Assembly (NCBI GenBank): GCA_902558395.1
Contig: CACEDS010000002.1
Span: forward strand, 98,043 to 162,042
Direction: 5' to 3'
Length of the DNA: 64,000 nt
DNA from: an uncultured SAR86 cluster bacterium
GTDB taxonomy: Bacteria; Pseudomonadota; Gammaproteobacteria; Magnimaribacterales; D2472
Shown here: positions 12,376-23,790 of the stretch, one piece after another
Layout of the letters: each line of letters begins with the position of its first letter
How positions within the stretch are numbered: position 1 is the stretch's first letter
Translations under genes and position numbers: made by a program
The notes under the pieces: model-generated
The model's database searches: none
What the model was told of the DNA's origin: nothing
The model's input: the letters and a program-made list of their open reading frames with translations, nothing else

Positions 12376-12570
12376 GTGAATACAATTATATTTGGCGCCT
12401 TAGCCATAATTTCCTTATTTATTTTTTTTAACCTTGGAAAAGTTAAGGCCTCAAGAAAACAGTTAGATAGGTCTAACAGAATTAATAGATTTGGTAATCA
12501 AGAACCCAATAATATTATTGAAGGTGAAGCAAAGGAAATAAGTGAAGATGATGATCAAAAAAATTCATAA
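12376..12570 (+). CDS. small single-pass membrane protein, hypothetical
   Basis: The 64 aa ORF has a GTG start 4 nt after the upstream stop. It has one N-terminal TM helix (IIFGALAIISLFIFFNL) followed by a charged tail. It overlaps the next gene. Whether it is coding is uncertain. Confidence 0.35.
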   Translation: MNTIIFGALAIISLFIFFNLGKVKASRKQLDRSNRINRFGNQEPNNIIEGEAKEISEDDDQKNS

Positions 12571-14728
12571 AAATATTCTTTTTGTTGCTCTCATAATTTT
12601 GATACCAAATCATTCTTTTGCTAATAATGCTCCGATTATTCAACCTGGAGCTCCTGGTGAAAATTCAAAGATACTTGATCCTGCGCTAGCATCGAACATA
12701 GCTGGAGCAAGTTACGTTGAAGCTGATGTTAGATTTTTAGAGGGAATGATTGCACATCATAGACAGGCAATAGTGATGTCCAAACTTGCAAAAAAAAGAA
12801 CTAACAACAAAACAATTCTTGATTTAGCTAACAGAATTGACGTTTCTCAAGAAGACGAAATTAATTTCATGGAAAGCTGGTTAGAGTCAAGAAAAGAGAT
12901 AAAAACAAATACGCCTCATAACTATCATATGCATATGGAAATGGCTGGAATGGCATCTCCAGAGGAGCTTATAGAACTTGAAAATTCTAAAAGTACTGAT
13001 TTTGATAGATTGTTTCTTCAGCTAATGATAGCCCACCATGATGGTGCCCTTGAAATGGTAAAAGACCTCAAAAAATACCCAGGTTCAGCAAATGAACCGC
13101 TCTTAAATGAATTTGTTGCTGATTTAGTCAATGATCAAGGTGTTGAAATTGAGAGAATGAATATCATTGCAGTTAATCTTTCAGACGATCCTAGATCTGG
13201 CTTAACCGCTGGCCTTTTTATTGCTGATGAAGCGATTTTAAATTTAGAGCTAATTGCTTCCCTTAGAAAACCTGTTGGATTTTATGATCCAGATGATCCT
13301 GAAGCAAAAGGTGAAGAAGATCTAACAAAAGATCTTGATGAAGATAGAGAATTAACAACTCTTGAAAAATCAAGAGCAAGAAAATCACCAATTTTAAGTT
13401 TTGCAAATACTGATATGGCTTTTAGGGATGATCTGTTGGTTGCTGGAAATTATCATGGTTTTAATATGTATAAAATTGATGAAGATGGTGTTCCTAATCT
13501 TATTTCATCTATAGTCTGTCCTGGAGGTCAAGGAGATGTCTCAATTGTAGGAAATTTATTAATCATGTCGGTTGAACAAATTAGAAGCAGAGTAGACTGT
13601 GGGTCTAATGGCGTTGGAAGAGATGCGAGTTCTGAAAGATTTAGAGGAATTAGAATTTTTGATATTTCAGATTTAACAAAACCAAAACAAGTGGGTGCAG
13701 TTCAAACTTGCCGAGGATCTCATACTCATTCAGTTGTTTCAGGACCATCTGATGATGGAAAAATTGTTGTTTATAATTCAGGAACTTCTAGCGTTAGAGA
13801 TGAAGAGGAAATGGAGCAATGTATTGGAGACATACCTGGAGATAAAAGAACAGCCTTATTCAGAATTGATGTTATAGAAATTCCAGTTTCTGATCCTTCA
13901 AAGTCTAAAATTGTAAGCAGTCCGACTGTCTTTGCAGACCAAGAAACTGGTGCTCTAGGCGGCTTATGGGTTGGCGGCGATCATGGGGACGATACTCAAG
14001 AAACCAAAAGAACTGATCAATGTCATGATATTACTGTATTCCCATCAGCTAACATTGCAGCAGGAGCCTGTTCTGGAAATGGTATCTTGTTTGATATAAG
14101 CGATCCATATAATCCCAAGAGGCTGGATGTTGTTACTGATATTGGTTTTGCATATTGGCATTCAGCAACATTTAACAATGATGGAACTAAAGTTATATTT
14201 ACTGATGAATGGGGTGGCGGAGGCCGTCCGAGATGCAGAGCATGGGACCCATTAGATTGGGGGGCGGATGCTATCTATGACATAGTTGATAATAAATTAG
14301 AGTTTAGGAGCCATTACAAAATGCCAGCACCACAAGTTGAAACAGAAAATTGTGTTGCTCATAATGGATCTATAATACCTGTGCCTGGTCGCGATATTTT
14401 TGTTCAAGCTTGGTATCAAGGCGGAATATCAATTATGGATTTTACTGATTCAACTAACCCAAAAGAAATAGCTTATTTTGATAGAGGGCCTATTAATGAG
14501 GAAATTTTAGTAACTGGAGGTTACTGGTCTGCCTATTATTATGACGGATATATTTACGGCACTGAGATAACTAGAGGTTTAGATGTTTTCAGGCTTACTC
14601 CAAGTGAGTACTTGACTGCAAAAGAAATAGATCAAGCTGCAGGCGCATACCCGATTAATGGACCTATGGTTTTTAACCCGCAACAACAAATACCAATGGC
14701 ATGGCCAGAGAGCGGTGCAAGTAAATAA
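12542..14728 (+). CDS. secreted DUF305 domain / LVIVD-repeat beta-propeller fusion protein
   Basis: A signal-like N-terminus (ILFVALIILIPNHSFA) is followed by two DUF305-type His motifs (FLEGMIAHHRQAIVMSK and FLQLMIAHHDGALEMV). The rest is a ~480 aa repeat region with LVIVD-like strands (GNLLIMSVEQ, GKIVVYNSG). The true start may be ATG 12548 or 12551. Confidence 0.65.
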   Translation: MKMMIKKIHKNILFVALIILIPNHSFANNAPIIQPGAPGENSKILDPALASNIAGASYVEADVRFLEGMIAHHRQAIVMSKLAKKRTNNKTILDLANRIDVSQEDEINFMESWLESRKEIKTNTPHNYHMHMEMAGMASPEELIELENSKSTDFDRLFLQLMIAHHDGALEMVKDLKKYPGSANEPLLNEFVADLVNDQGVEIERMNIIAVNLSDDPRSGLTAGLFIADEAILNLELIASLRKPVGFYDPDDPEAKGEEDLTKDLDEDRELTTLEKSRARKSPILSFANTDMAFRDDLLVAGNYHGFNMYKIDEDGVPNLISSIVCPGGQGDVSIVGNLLIMSVEQIRSRVDCGSNGVGRDASSERFRGIRIFDISDLTKPKQVGAVQTCRGSHTHSVVSGPSDDGKIVVYNSGTSSVRDEEEMEQCIGDIPGDKRTALFRIDVIEIPVSDPSKSKIVSSPTVFADQETGALGGLWVGGDHGDDTQETKRTDQCHDITVFPSANIAAGACSGNGILFDISDPYNPKRLDVVTDIGFAYWHSATFNNDGTKVIFTDEWGGGGRPRCRAWDPLDWGADAIYDIVDNKLEFRSHYKMPAPQVETENCVAHNGSIIPVPGRDIFVQAWYQGGISIMDFTDSTNPKEIAYFDRGPINEEILVTGGYWSAYYYDGYIYGTEITRGLDVFRLTPSEYLTAKEIDQAAGAYPINGPMVFNPQQQIPMAWPESGASK

Positions 14729-14744
14729 AAAATAGTTAGTTATT

Positions 14745-15560
14745 ATGGAAATTGCTTTTGACTTTGGGATAACCAATACAGATGTGGCTGTTCAAGATAA
14801 GCAAGAGTTGAATTTTTATACTTTTTCTTCAAAAAAAGTTGAGATAGCTTTTATTTTAGAAATTCTCTCTGAAATAAATCTAGATACAAAACTTATCACC
14901 AAAATTGTGGTCACTGGAGGCAAATCTAGCGATCTTCAAGATGCTTTAAATGGTATTCCAATCATCAAAATTAATGAAGTTGAGGCTGTTGGTCATGGTG
15001 CTAAAGAGTTATATCAAATAAAAGATCAAAAATTTATGGCTGTTAGTACTGGAACAGGTACCGCTTGCGTTGCTTATATGGATAATGAATTTCACCATTT
15101 AGGTGGCATATCTGTTGGAGGTGGAACCTTGCAAGGTTTATCTAATTTGACTATTGATATCAACAAAGCAGATGAGATTGAAGAATTATCTAGAGTAGGT
15201 AATAAAAAGAATCTAGATGCATTAATTGGTGAGGTTGTAAATAATATTGGTTCGCTTAATCCAGATATAACAGCTTCTAATTTCTCTAAAGCAAGAAATA
15301 AGACTAACTTTAACAATGAAGATATAGCATCTTCCATATCAAATATGGTTGGAGAGGTAATTGGGACTGTAGCTTATCTGAATGCATTATTAATTGGTGT
15401 AAGTAATATCTATTTTATTGGAAGAGTTTCTAAAATGAGCACCGTTAGAGACGGGATAGAAAAAAGGTTAAATTTAGCTGGAATATCAGGCAATTACATA
15501 GAAAAACAAGAATTTGCAAATGTGATTGGCGCTATTGCATATTTAAATGCCAATACCTAA
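14745..15560 (+). CDS. coaW: type II (eukaryote/Staphylococcus-like) pantothenate kinase
   Basis: The protein is collinear with my recollection of S. aureus type II PanK. FDFGITNTD corresponds to IDAGGTLIK. STGTGTA corresponds to VGTGTS. GGISVGGGTLQGLSNL corresponds to GGIGTGGGMIQGLGYLL. DITASNFS corresponds to DLTAANFG. The segments MVGEVIGTVA and NVIGAIAYL also align. Confidence 0.7.
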   Translation: MEIAFDFGITNTDVAVQDKQELNFYTFSSKKVEIAFILEILSEINLDTKLITKIVVTGGKSSDLQDALNGIPIIKINEVEAVGHGAKELYQIKDQKFMAVSTGTGTACVAYMDNEFHHLGGISVGGGTLQGLSNLTIDINKADEIEELSRVGNKKNLDALIGEVVNNIGSLNPDITASNFSKARNKTNFNNEDIASSISNMVGEVIGTVAYLNALLIGVSNIYFIGRVSKMSTVRDGIEKRLNLAGISGNYIEKQEFANVIGAIAYLNANT

Positions 15561-15587
15561 AATGTAAATAATTAACAATATATTCCA

Positions 15588-16838
15588 ATGATAGTTACAG
15601 ACAAATCATCAATCATTACCTTTGCAATACCAGTTTTTATGCTGTTGATTCTTATTGAGTATTGTTATGGGGTCTATAAAGGTAAAAGCAATTACAGATT
15701 GAATGATACTTTTACGAGCCTATCAATTGGAATGATTAGCAGATATCCAACTATGCTCAATCTTGGTTTACAAAGCCTTATCTTTGTATACATAAGTAAA
15801 TATTTTAATGTTGGATTGTTATCAATTAAGAATCCAATCACTTGGATTGTGGCTTTTCTTCTCTATGATCTTTCTTATTATTGGATGCATAGAATGCATC
15901 ATGAGATAAAAATTTTATGGGCAACTCATAGCGTCCATCATCATGGCGAGGAATTCAACCTATCCACTGCTCTCAGACAAACAAGCACAGGATGGTTATG
16001 GAAATGGGTATTTTATCTACCAATGGTATTTCTTGGAGTGCCGGGCGAAGTTTTCGTTACTGTAGCTGGTATTAATTTAGTCTATCAGTTTTGGGTTCAT
16101 ACAGAACATATAGGCCATCTAGGTTTTTTAGAAAAGATATTTATCACTCCAATGAATCATGGTATTCATCACGCTAAAAATAAAGAGTATATAGATGCTA
16201 ATTACGGTGGGGTCTTCATAATATGGGATCGTATGTTTGGAACTTATATTGCTAGAGATCCTGAAATTACACCTGTGTATGGAACCGTGAGTGCACTAAA
16301 AAGTTGGAATCCTATTTGGGCCAATTTTCAAATTTTTACAACCATGTTTAAAGACTCTATGAAAACTAAAAAGTTTAGTGACAAGATAAAAGTATGGTTT
16401 TCAAAAACTTATTGGAGACCAGATGATTGCGTAGAAGAAAAAGATCCTAAAGATTTTTACATTAAATATGACCCTGTAATATCAACAGATATTAAAGTTT
16501 TTAGTTTCTTGCAACTCATGTTTACCGGCATTGTTTCTACTTCAGTGTTATTTTTCCTATCCCAGATTACTTACAACGAAATTTTTATATATGCAGTTGC
16601 TATAACTATTTTAAGCTCGATGACAGGCCTGCTTTTAGAAGGCAAGAGATATATGTATTTTGTTATATTAATGTTTTCAGTTGCAGGTATTTTAGCTATC
16701 GAATTATTTGGAGTGCTAAATATTAACGTTCTTTCAACAACTCTCTTAAGTAGCCAGTTATACGTAAATATTCTTTTAGTATGTCTAATATATATTTATC
16801 AAAGCTACCAAGGCTTTTCAGCAGCTAGAGCTAGATAA
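15588..16838 (+). CDS. fatty acid hydroxylase / sterol desaturase family membrane protein with an extra C-terminal multi-TM region
   Basis: The His boxes are HRMHHE, HSVHHHGEE and HGIHHAKN, and a WDRMFGT motif is present. The last ~130 aa are additional hydrophobic helices. Confidence 0.75.
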   Translation: MIVTDKSSIITFAIPVFMLLILIEYCYGVYKGKSNYRLNDTFTSLSIGMISRYPTMLNLGLQSLIFVYISKYFNVGLLSIKNPITWIVAFLLYDLSYYWMHRMHHEIKILWATHSVHHHGEEFNLSTALRQTSTGWLWKWVFYLPMVFLGVPGEVFVTVAGINLVYQFWVHTEHIGHLGFLEKIFITPMNHGIHHAKNKEYIDANYGGVFIIWDRMFGTYIARDPEITPVYGTVSALKSWNPIWANFQIFTTMFKDSMKTKKFSDKIKVWFSKTYWRPDDCVEEKDPKDFYIKYDPVISTDIKVFSFLQLMFTGIVSTSVLFFLSQITYNEIFIYAVAITILSSMTGLLLEGKRYMYFVILMFSVAGILAIELFGVLNINVLSTTLLSSQLYVNILLVCLIYIYQSYQGFSAARAR

Positions 16839-17564
16839 TTAAGACCTTATTTTAGCAGGCACTCCTGCGACGGTAGCATTATCCGGCACATCTTTTAGAA
16901 CAAGACTTCCTGCTGCTACGATTGCACCCTCTCCTATTGTAATATCACCCAAAACAGTGCTTGCTGCAAAAATTGATGCTCCTTTCTTTATATTTGGATG
17001 TCTTTTTCCTGATTCAAAACCCTTGCCACCTAACGTTACACCTTGGAAAATTGATACTTCAGATTCAATTTCAGATGTTTCACCAATTACAACACCAGTA
17101 GCATGATCGATCATTACAGCTCCGGCAATTTTAGCAGCGGGGTGAATATCAACGCCAAATACTTCTGAAGCTCTATTTTGAAAAAATAATGCCATTGTGT
17201 GTCTTTCATTGTTCCAAAGACAATGTGCTGCTCTATAAGTAGCTAAACCTAGGAATCCTTTATAAAAAAGTAATGGTGTAGAAAAGTATTTACATGCAGG
17301 ATCATGGTCTTTGAAAAACTTTATATCTTCTTCAAGGTTTTTTTCAATATCTTCACAATCTCTGTATACCTCTAGGATAAATTTCTTAATATCCATTGCA
17401 GATAATGCATCGCTATGTAATTTCGAAGCTAATATCGATGCTACAGCTCCAATTAAATCTTTTTGAGATAAAACAAGTGAATATAAAAAAGAACCAAGAG
17501 ATGGCTCAGCCTCAACCCTTAACTTGATTTCATCTTGAATTTTAGTCCACAAATCTATATCCAT
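16839..17564 (-). CDS. cysE: serine O-acetyltransferase
   Basis: An N-terminal SATase helical domain is followed by hexapeptide repeats (IHPAAKIAGAVMIDHATGVVIGETSEIESEVSIFQGVTLGG). Confidence 0.88.
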   Translation of the reverse strand: MDIDLWTKIQDEIKLRVEAEPSLGSFLYSLVLSQKDLIGAVASILASKLHSDALSAMDIKKFILEVYRDCEDIEKNLEEDIKFFKDHDPACKYFSTPLLFYKGFLGLATYRAAHCLWNNERHTMALFFQNRASEVFGVDIHPAAKIAGAVMIDHATGVVIGETSEIESEVSIFQGVTLGGKGFESGKRHPNIKKGASIFAASTVLGDITIGEGAIVAAGSLVLKDVPDNATVAGVPAKIRS

Positions 17565-17602
17565 ATGAAAAGGATTATAAGCATATTGAGATAATATAAA
17601 AG

Positions 17603-17627
17603 CTCAGGTGCCTTTATGACACCTGAG
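17603..17627 (-). terminator. hairpin terminator downstream of katG
   Basis: A perfect 8-bp stem CTCAGGTG / CACCTGAG encloses a 9-nt loop. On the minus strand it is followed by CTTTTATATT. Confidence 0.6.
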
Positions 17628-17637
17628 TTATTATTTA

Positions 17638-19809
<2,172 letters not shown>

Positions 19810-19900
19810 TTAAATTTGAGTTACTTAATACTTTAACTAATTTTTATATATTGATAAATATACTATTAATGTACTTTATGTTCGATTAAAATGTACATAA

Positions 19901-20803
19901 ATGATCTCTATAAAGCAATTAAATTATGCGCTTGCAGTTGCCAAGAGGTTGCACTTTAAAAAAGCAGCAGATGATTGTTTTGTATCTCCCTCTACTCTAA
20001 GTAATGCAATTACAGAACTTGAAAATCAAATCGGTTTTCAAATTTTTGAAAGAACAAATAAAAAAGTCATAGTCACCAAACTTGGGCTTGAACTTCTAAA
20101 AAAGGCTGAAACAGTTCAGCTTAATATTGAAGATATAAAAAATCTTGGTGAGAAACAAAAAGCTCCATTAAGCTCTCCATTAACCATTGGAATTATTCCA
20201 ACCATAGGTCCTTATTTACTCCCTCTAGTCCTACCAAAATTAAAAAAATATCATCCAAATCTAAACTTAAAAATTTTAGAGGGGAAATCTAGCTCATTAG
20301 TGCAAAAAGTGAATGATGGAGACTTGGATATGGCTATTCTTGCTCTTCCATACAACTTAGGAGGATTATTATCCTTTAAATTTTGGGAAGAAAACTTTTA
20401 TTATGTAAGCCACAAAAACAATGAATACAAAAAAGCATTAAAAGCAAAAGATATAAATTTTTCAGAATTAATGTTGCTCGATGATGGCCATTGTTTAAAA
20501 AATCATGTGCTAGCTGCATGTAAAATTAATGATAATCAACAATTTTCAATGGAAGCATCTAGTCTTACTACCTTGATCCAATTAGTAGCTAATAATATGG
20601 GTTCGACTCTTGTTCCCCACATGTCTATTAAACATTTGATTAATGCTAATTCGATGATAAAAAAGTCAATCTTAAATGAGCCTGGTCCCCATCGAGAGCT
20701 TGCAATAGTAGTTAGGCAGACTTATGCAGATATTGGAAGCGTAATGCTATTGATTGATATTTTTAAAAATGAATTGGGCAAATATTCAGAAAATATTAAA
20801 TAA
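19901..20803 (+). CDS. oxyR: LysR-family peroxide-sensing regulator OxyR
   Basis: An N-terminal LysR HTH is present (LNYALAVAKRLHFKKAADDCFVSPSTLSNAITELE). The redox Cys pair sits in DDGHCLKNHVLAAC, which I compare with E. coli LEDGHCLRDQAMGFC. The gene is divergent from katG. Confidence 0.85.
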   Translation: MISIKQLNYALAVAKRLHFKKAADDCFVSPSTLSNAITELENQIGFQIFERTNKKVIVTKLGLELLKKAETVQLNIEDIKNLGEKQKAPLSSPLTIGIIPTIGPYLLPLVLPKLKKYHPNLNLKILEGKSSSLVQKVNDGDLDMAILALPYNLGGLLSFKFWEENFYYVSHKNNEYKKALKAKDINFSELMLLDDGHCLKNHVLAACKINDNQQFSMEASSLTTLIQLVANNMGSTLVPHMSIKHLINANSMIKKSILNEPGPHRELAIVVRQTYADIGSVMLLIDIFKNELGKYSENIK

Positions 20804-20808
20804 AGAAA

Positions 20809-20884
20809 TGGTGGAGCTACGCGGGATCGAACCGCGGACCCCCTGCTTGCAAAGCAGGTGCTCTCCCAGCTGAGCTATAGCCCC
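20809..20884 (-). tRNA. tRNA-Ala (anticodon UGC), with encoded CCA
   Basis: The reverse complement is GGGGCTATAGCTCAGCTGGGAGAGCACCTGCTTTGCAAGCAGGGGGTCCGCGGTTCGATCCCGCGTAGCTCCACCA. It folds as a cloverleaf with anticodon loop TTTGCAA and the G3:U70 alanine identity pair. Confidence 0.95.
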
Positions 20885-20945
20885 ATTTTTCAAAAGCTGT
20901 ATTGTACTTTAAAAATTTTAATTTTGTACACTAATTCAAAGAAAA

Positions 20946-20965
20946 GGGGTGAACAATGCCACCCC
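20946..20965 (-). terminator. hairpin terminator downstream of the TonB-dependent receptor gene
   Basis: The stem GGGGTG / CACCCC encloses an 8-nt loop. It is followed by TTTTCTTTG on the minus strand and by AATTTTT on the plus strand, so it may act in both directions. Confidence 0.6.
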
Positions 20966-21005
20966 AATTTTTGAAAGTTAAAGCGCTCTCAAACTATAAG
21001 TCTCA

Positions 21006-23102
21006 TTAGAATGTTTTTCTTATTGAGATCCTTGCATTAAATGGCTCGCCAACAGATGCCTGATGAGTGCTGTGTGAATGCGGGAAATATAACTCATCTG
21101 TAAGATTTTCTACATTCATTTGAATGTTTAAATCATCAGCAATTTTATAATATGCTCCAAAATCAATCCTTGTATATTCTGGCAATATTAATCCTGGCTT
21201 ATTATTGCTAATGTTAGATTTTCCTTGTTGAGTCATACCAAAAGCCCACCCAAACTTATCTGAGACTTCATAGGTAGCAAATAAAGACAGCGTATATTCC
21301 GGAATCTCTCTTGGTTCACCGCCAGAACTTGTTTTACCATCCATTGAACTGTATCCAACAACAAGATCCATCTTGTCATTCACCTTTCCTTTTAACTCAA
21401 GCTCCAAACCATCTACCTGAAGTCCAACAATCTCTGCACCCTCGCCGCTTGCATCTCTTGTTGCTATAGTCTGCTCACTGTCAAAATAAGCTGCTGCAAA
21501 ACTTAGATTTTCAGAGATAGCAATTTTTACTCCAAATTCACTACTTTCGTATACATCTGGATCTAGAGCTGCAGCTGAAGCAGTTAATTTTTTATATTGC
21601 TCACCAGATCTTGGTAAAAAGCTTTCGCTATAACTATAATACCAAGACACATTTTCACTTGGCTTAAAGATTACGCCAGCTCTAGGAGAAAATTCTTTAT
21701 CTTCTCTAGATTGTGAAGTTCCTGATTTAATATCAGCTACTGTTATATCAAAAGTATCATGACGTCCGCCAATCATTAATTTCAATCTATCCGAAACATC
21801 TATTTGATCCTGAAAATAAATAGATGAAACCTCAATATCAGATCTTGTTTTACTTTTAAGTTTTGCTGTAAAGTCGTTGCTTGTAGCAACGCCTAAAGAA
21901 TTCACTGAAAAGTTCATTGGTCTGGTTATATTAAAAATCTCATTATCATCACTTGTTGTAGACCAAAAAGTATCATATCTATGATTGTCATTGGATGTAT
22001 CTATAATCTCCCCACCAAACAAAAGTGTGTGAGTAGAAGTTCCAATTTGAATTTCATTTACTAAATTACCAGTTAAAACAGTATTTTCTCTGTCAGTTGG
22101 ATCAAGATAACCATCCATAGTTACAACAGTCTCACCTCCGTTATAACCAGATGCATAATAATTCTTGTACATCTTTTCAAATTCACTTGAAACAATAGAA
22201 AGATTTCCCTTGCTAGTATCAGAGAACTCAGTACTCAATGTTGCCCTGAAGATAGTAGCTTCAAGCATTGTCAGGTTTACGTCTTTATCACCAAAAGTAA
22301 TCTTTTCAAATCTTTTAACAGGCTTACCGTTTTCTGTTGGAACACCTCTATCTATAAATCTTTCATGATTAGCATACTCATATGAAAGGTCCAAAGTAGT
22401 TCTTTCAGTAACTTTTAATTTTAATGTAGGATTAATGCCAGTTCTTTGCCCATCGTAATGATCTCTATGATTTTCTAGTGCATCACTGTGCATCATAAAA
22501 CGCAAAGCTGAATCATCTCCGCTTTGAACGTTATAGTCTAAGGTTAAATCATTTGCACCAAAGGAATCTACACCAAAATCTACAGCTCCAAACTTGTCAT
22601 TAAGAACTGCTTTTTTAGAAACTCTATTAACAACACCACCGGTTCCGCCTCTTCCAAAGAGTAAAGCGTTTGGCCCTCTAAGAATTTCAACCTGTTCCAC
22701 GTTATATAAAGAACGATAATATTGAACATCGTCTCTAATACCATCTTGAAAAAAATCTGCTGTTGACCTTACTCCTCTGAAAACTACTGAATCACGATGA
22801 CCTTCTCCCTGAGAAGTATTAACACCTGGAACATATCTAATAATATCTTCAATTGCTCTTAAACCTTGTTTGCGTATGTCATCATCTGTGACGATAGAAA
22901 CCGTTTGTGGGACATCTAATACTGGAACTGGAGTTTTTAAAGCATTAACCTGATCAGCATATAAAACATTTCCTTTGACGACAATCTCTTCAACATTTTC
23001 TGAATCATTAGCAGTTATTGCAAAAGATGCAACAAATAAAATACTTATGAATATTAATGGAGATATATTCTCAATTAACTTTGTATACATTTTTGTCATC
23101 AT
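21006..23102 (-). CDS. TonB-dependent siderophore-type outer membrane receptor
   Basis: The 698 aa protein has a signal peptide and a plug domain (VPVLDVPQTVSIVTDDDIRKQG...VEILRGPNALLFGRGGTGGVVN). A beta-barrel follows, ending in a terminal aromatic residue (...ISIRKTF). A Fur box lies upstream. Confidence 0.9.
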   Translation of the reverse strand: MMTKMYTKLIENISPLIFISILFVASFAITANDSENVEEIVVKGNVLYADQVNALKTPVPVLDVPQTVSIVTDDDIRKQGLRAIEDIIRYVPGVNTSQGEGHRDSVVFRGVRSTADFFQDGIRDDVQYYRSLYNVEQVEILRGPNALLFGRGGTGGVVNRVSKKAVLNDKFGAVDFGVDSFGANDLTLDYNVQSGDDSALRFMMHSDALENHRDHYDGQRTGINPTLKLKVTERTTLDLSYEYANHERFIDRGVPTENGKPVKRFEKITFGDKDVNLTMLEATIFRATLSTEFSDTSKGNLSIVSSEFEKMYKNYYASGYNGGETVVTMDGYLDPTDRENTVLTGNLVNEIQIGTSTHTLLFGGEIIDTSNDNHRYDTFWSTTSDDNEIFNITRPMNFSVNSLGVATSNDFTAKLKSKTRSDIEVSSIYFQDQIDVSDRLKLMIGGRHDTFDITVADIKSGTSQSREDKEFSPRAGVIFKPSENVSWYYSYSESFLPRSGEQYKKLTASAAALDPDVYESSEFGVKIAISENLSFAAAYFDSEQTIATRDASGEGAEIVGLQVDGLELELKGKVNDKMDLVVGYSSMDGKTSSGGEPREIPEYTLSLFATYEVSDKFGWAFGMTQQGKSNISNNKPGLILPEYTRIDFGAYYKIADDLNIQMNVENLTDELYFPHSHSTHQASVGEPFNARISIRKTF

Positions 23103-23241
23103 AATTTTTCCTTTTAATCAATTATTGATTCTTAAAAGCCGCCGACCTCTCCAGATATTTTTGATAATTAAAACTTTTAATTTTCAAAAAAGCACACTCT
23201 TAAGGGGACTATAAAGCTGGCGACCTTTAAGAGATGTAAAT

Positions 23242-23263
23242 GATAATGAGAATGATTCTCATT
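23242..23263. promoter_or_regulatory. Fur box upstream of the TonB-dependent receptor
   Basis: GATAATGAGAATGATTCTC matches 16 of 19 positions of the GATAATGATAATCATTATC consensus. It contains the perfect 9-1-9 palindrome AATGAGAAT-G-ATTCTCATT. It lies about 140 nt upstream of the receptor start codon. Confidence 0.8.
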
Positions 23264-23329
23264 TGCAAGTAGAAAGTAGAAAAATCTTCTCTTTTTTCAG
23301 AATTTAGTTCTTATGTATGTGAATGAGCT

Positions 23330-23782
23330 TTATTTATTTCCGCGAATCAAGAAATAGACGCTAAGTACAAATAAAAACATCTGCTCACTTGTTAAGAGCT
23401 TCATTGGAGGCCAAACAAACCAGTCCGGATGTCCGATATAAAAAACGTTAAACATTAAAATCACAAGAACAAAAGCAGATATCCTAGTAATAAAATGTCC
23501 TGCCTGTGATGCAAATAAACCAATTAGTCCACCTAATATAATCCCTACCCCGCCAAGTATTTCAACTAAAATTACAATAGAAACAAACACTTCAGGCATT
23601 GGAATGAAAATACTTTCAAACCAAGTTACCATTCTGTGCTGCTCCTCCATCATAAAAGGTGCTGGTAATTTTTTGTAGCCGTGTAAAAAGAAAGCAATGC
23701 CAAGTGCGATTCTAAAAAACCAAGGAGCAATGTTATTAAATGGGCTTGAAATAGAATCTAGTCGTGCATTAATTTTTTTCAT
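23330..23782 (-). CDS. DoxX-family membrane protein
   Basis: The 150 aa protein has 4 TM helices and the motif WFFRIALGIAFFLHGYKKL. Confidence 0.65.
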   Translation of the reverse strand: MKKINARLDSISSPFNNIAPWFFRIALGIAFFLHGYKKLPAPFMMEEQHRMVTWFESIFIPMPEVFVSIVILVEILGGVGIILGGLIGLFASQAGHFITRISAFVLVILMFNVFYIGHPDWFVWPPMKLLTSEQMFLFVLSVYFLIRGNK

Positions 23783-23790
23783 GTTTACTC

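Noticed and set aside
20809-20884. Stand-alone tRNA-Ala(UGC) as a sign of a disrupted rRNA operon or an integration site
   Set aside because: No 16S or 23S fragments, tRNA-Ile(GAU) partner, integrase or direct repeats flank it. The neighbours (oxyR, a Fur-regulated receptor) look native. It is simply recorded as a tRNA.
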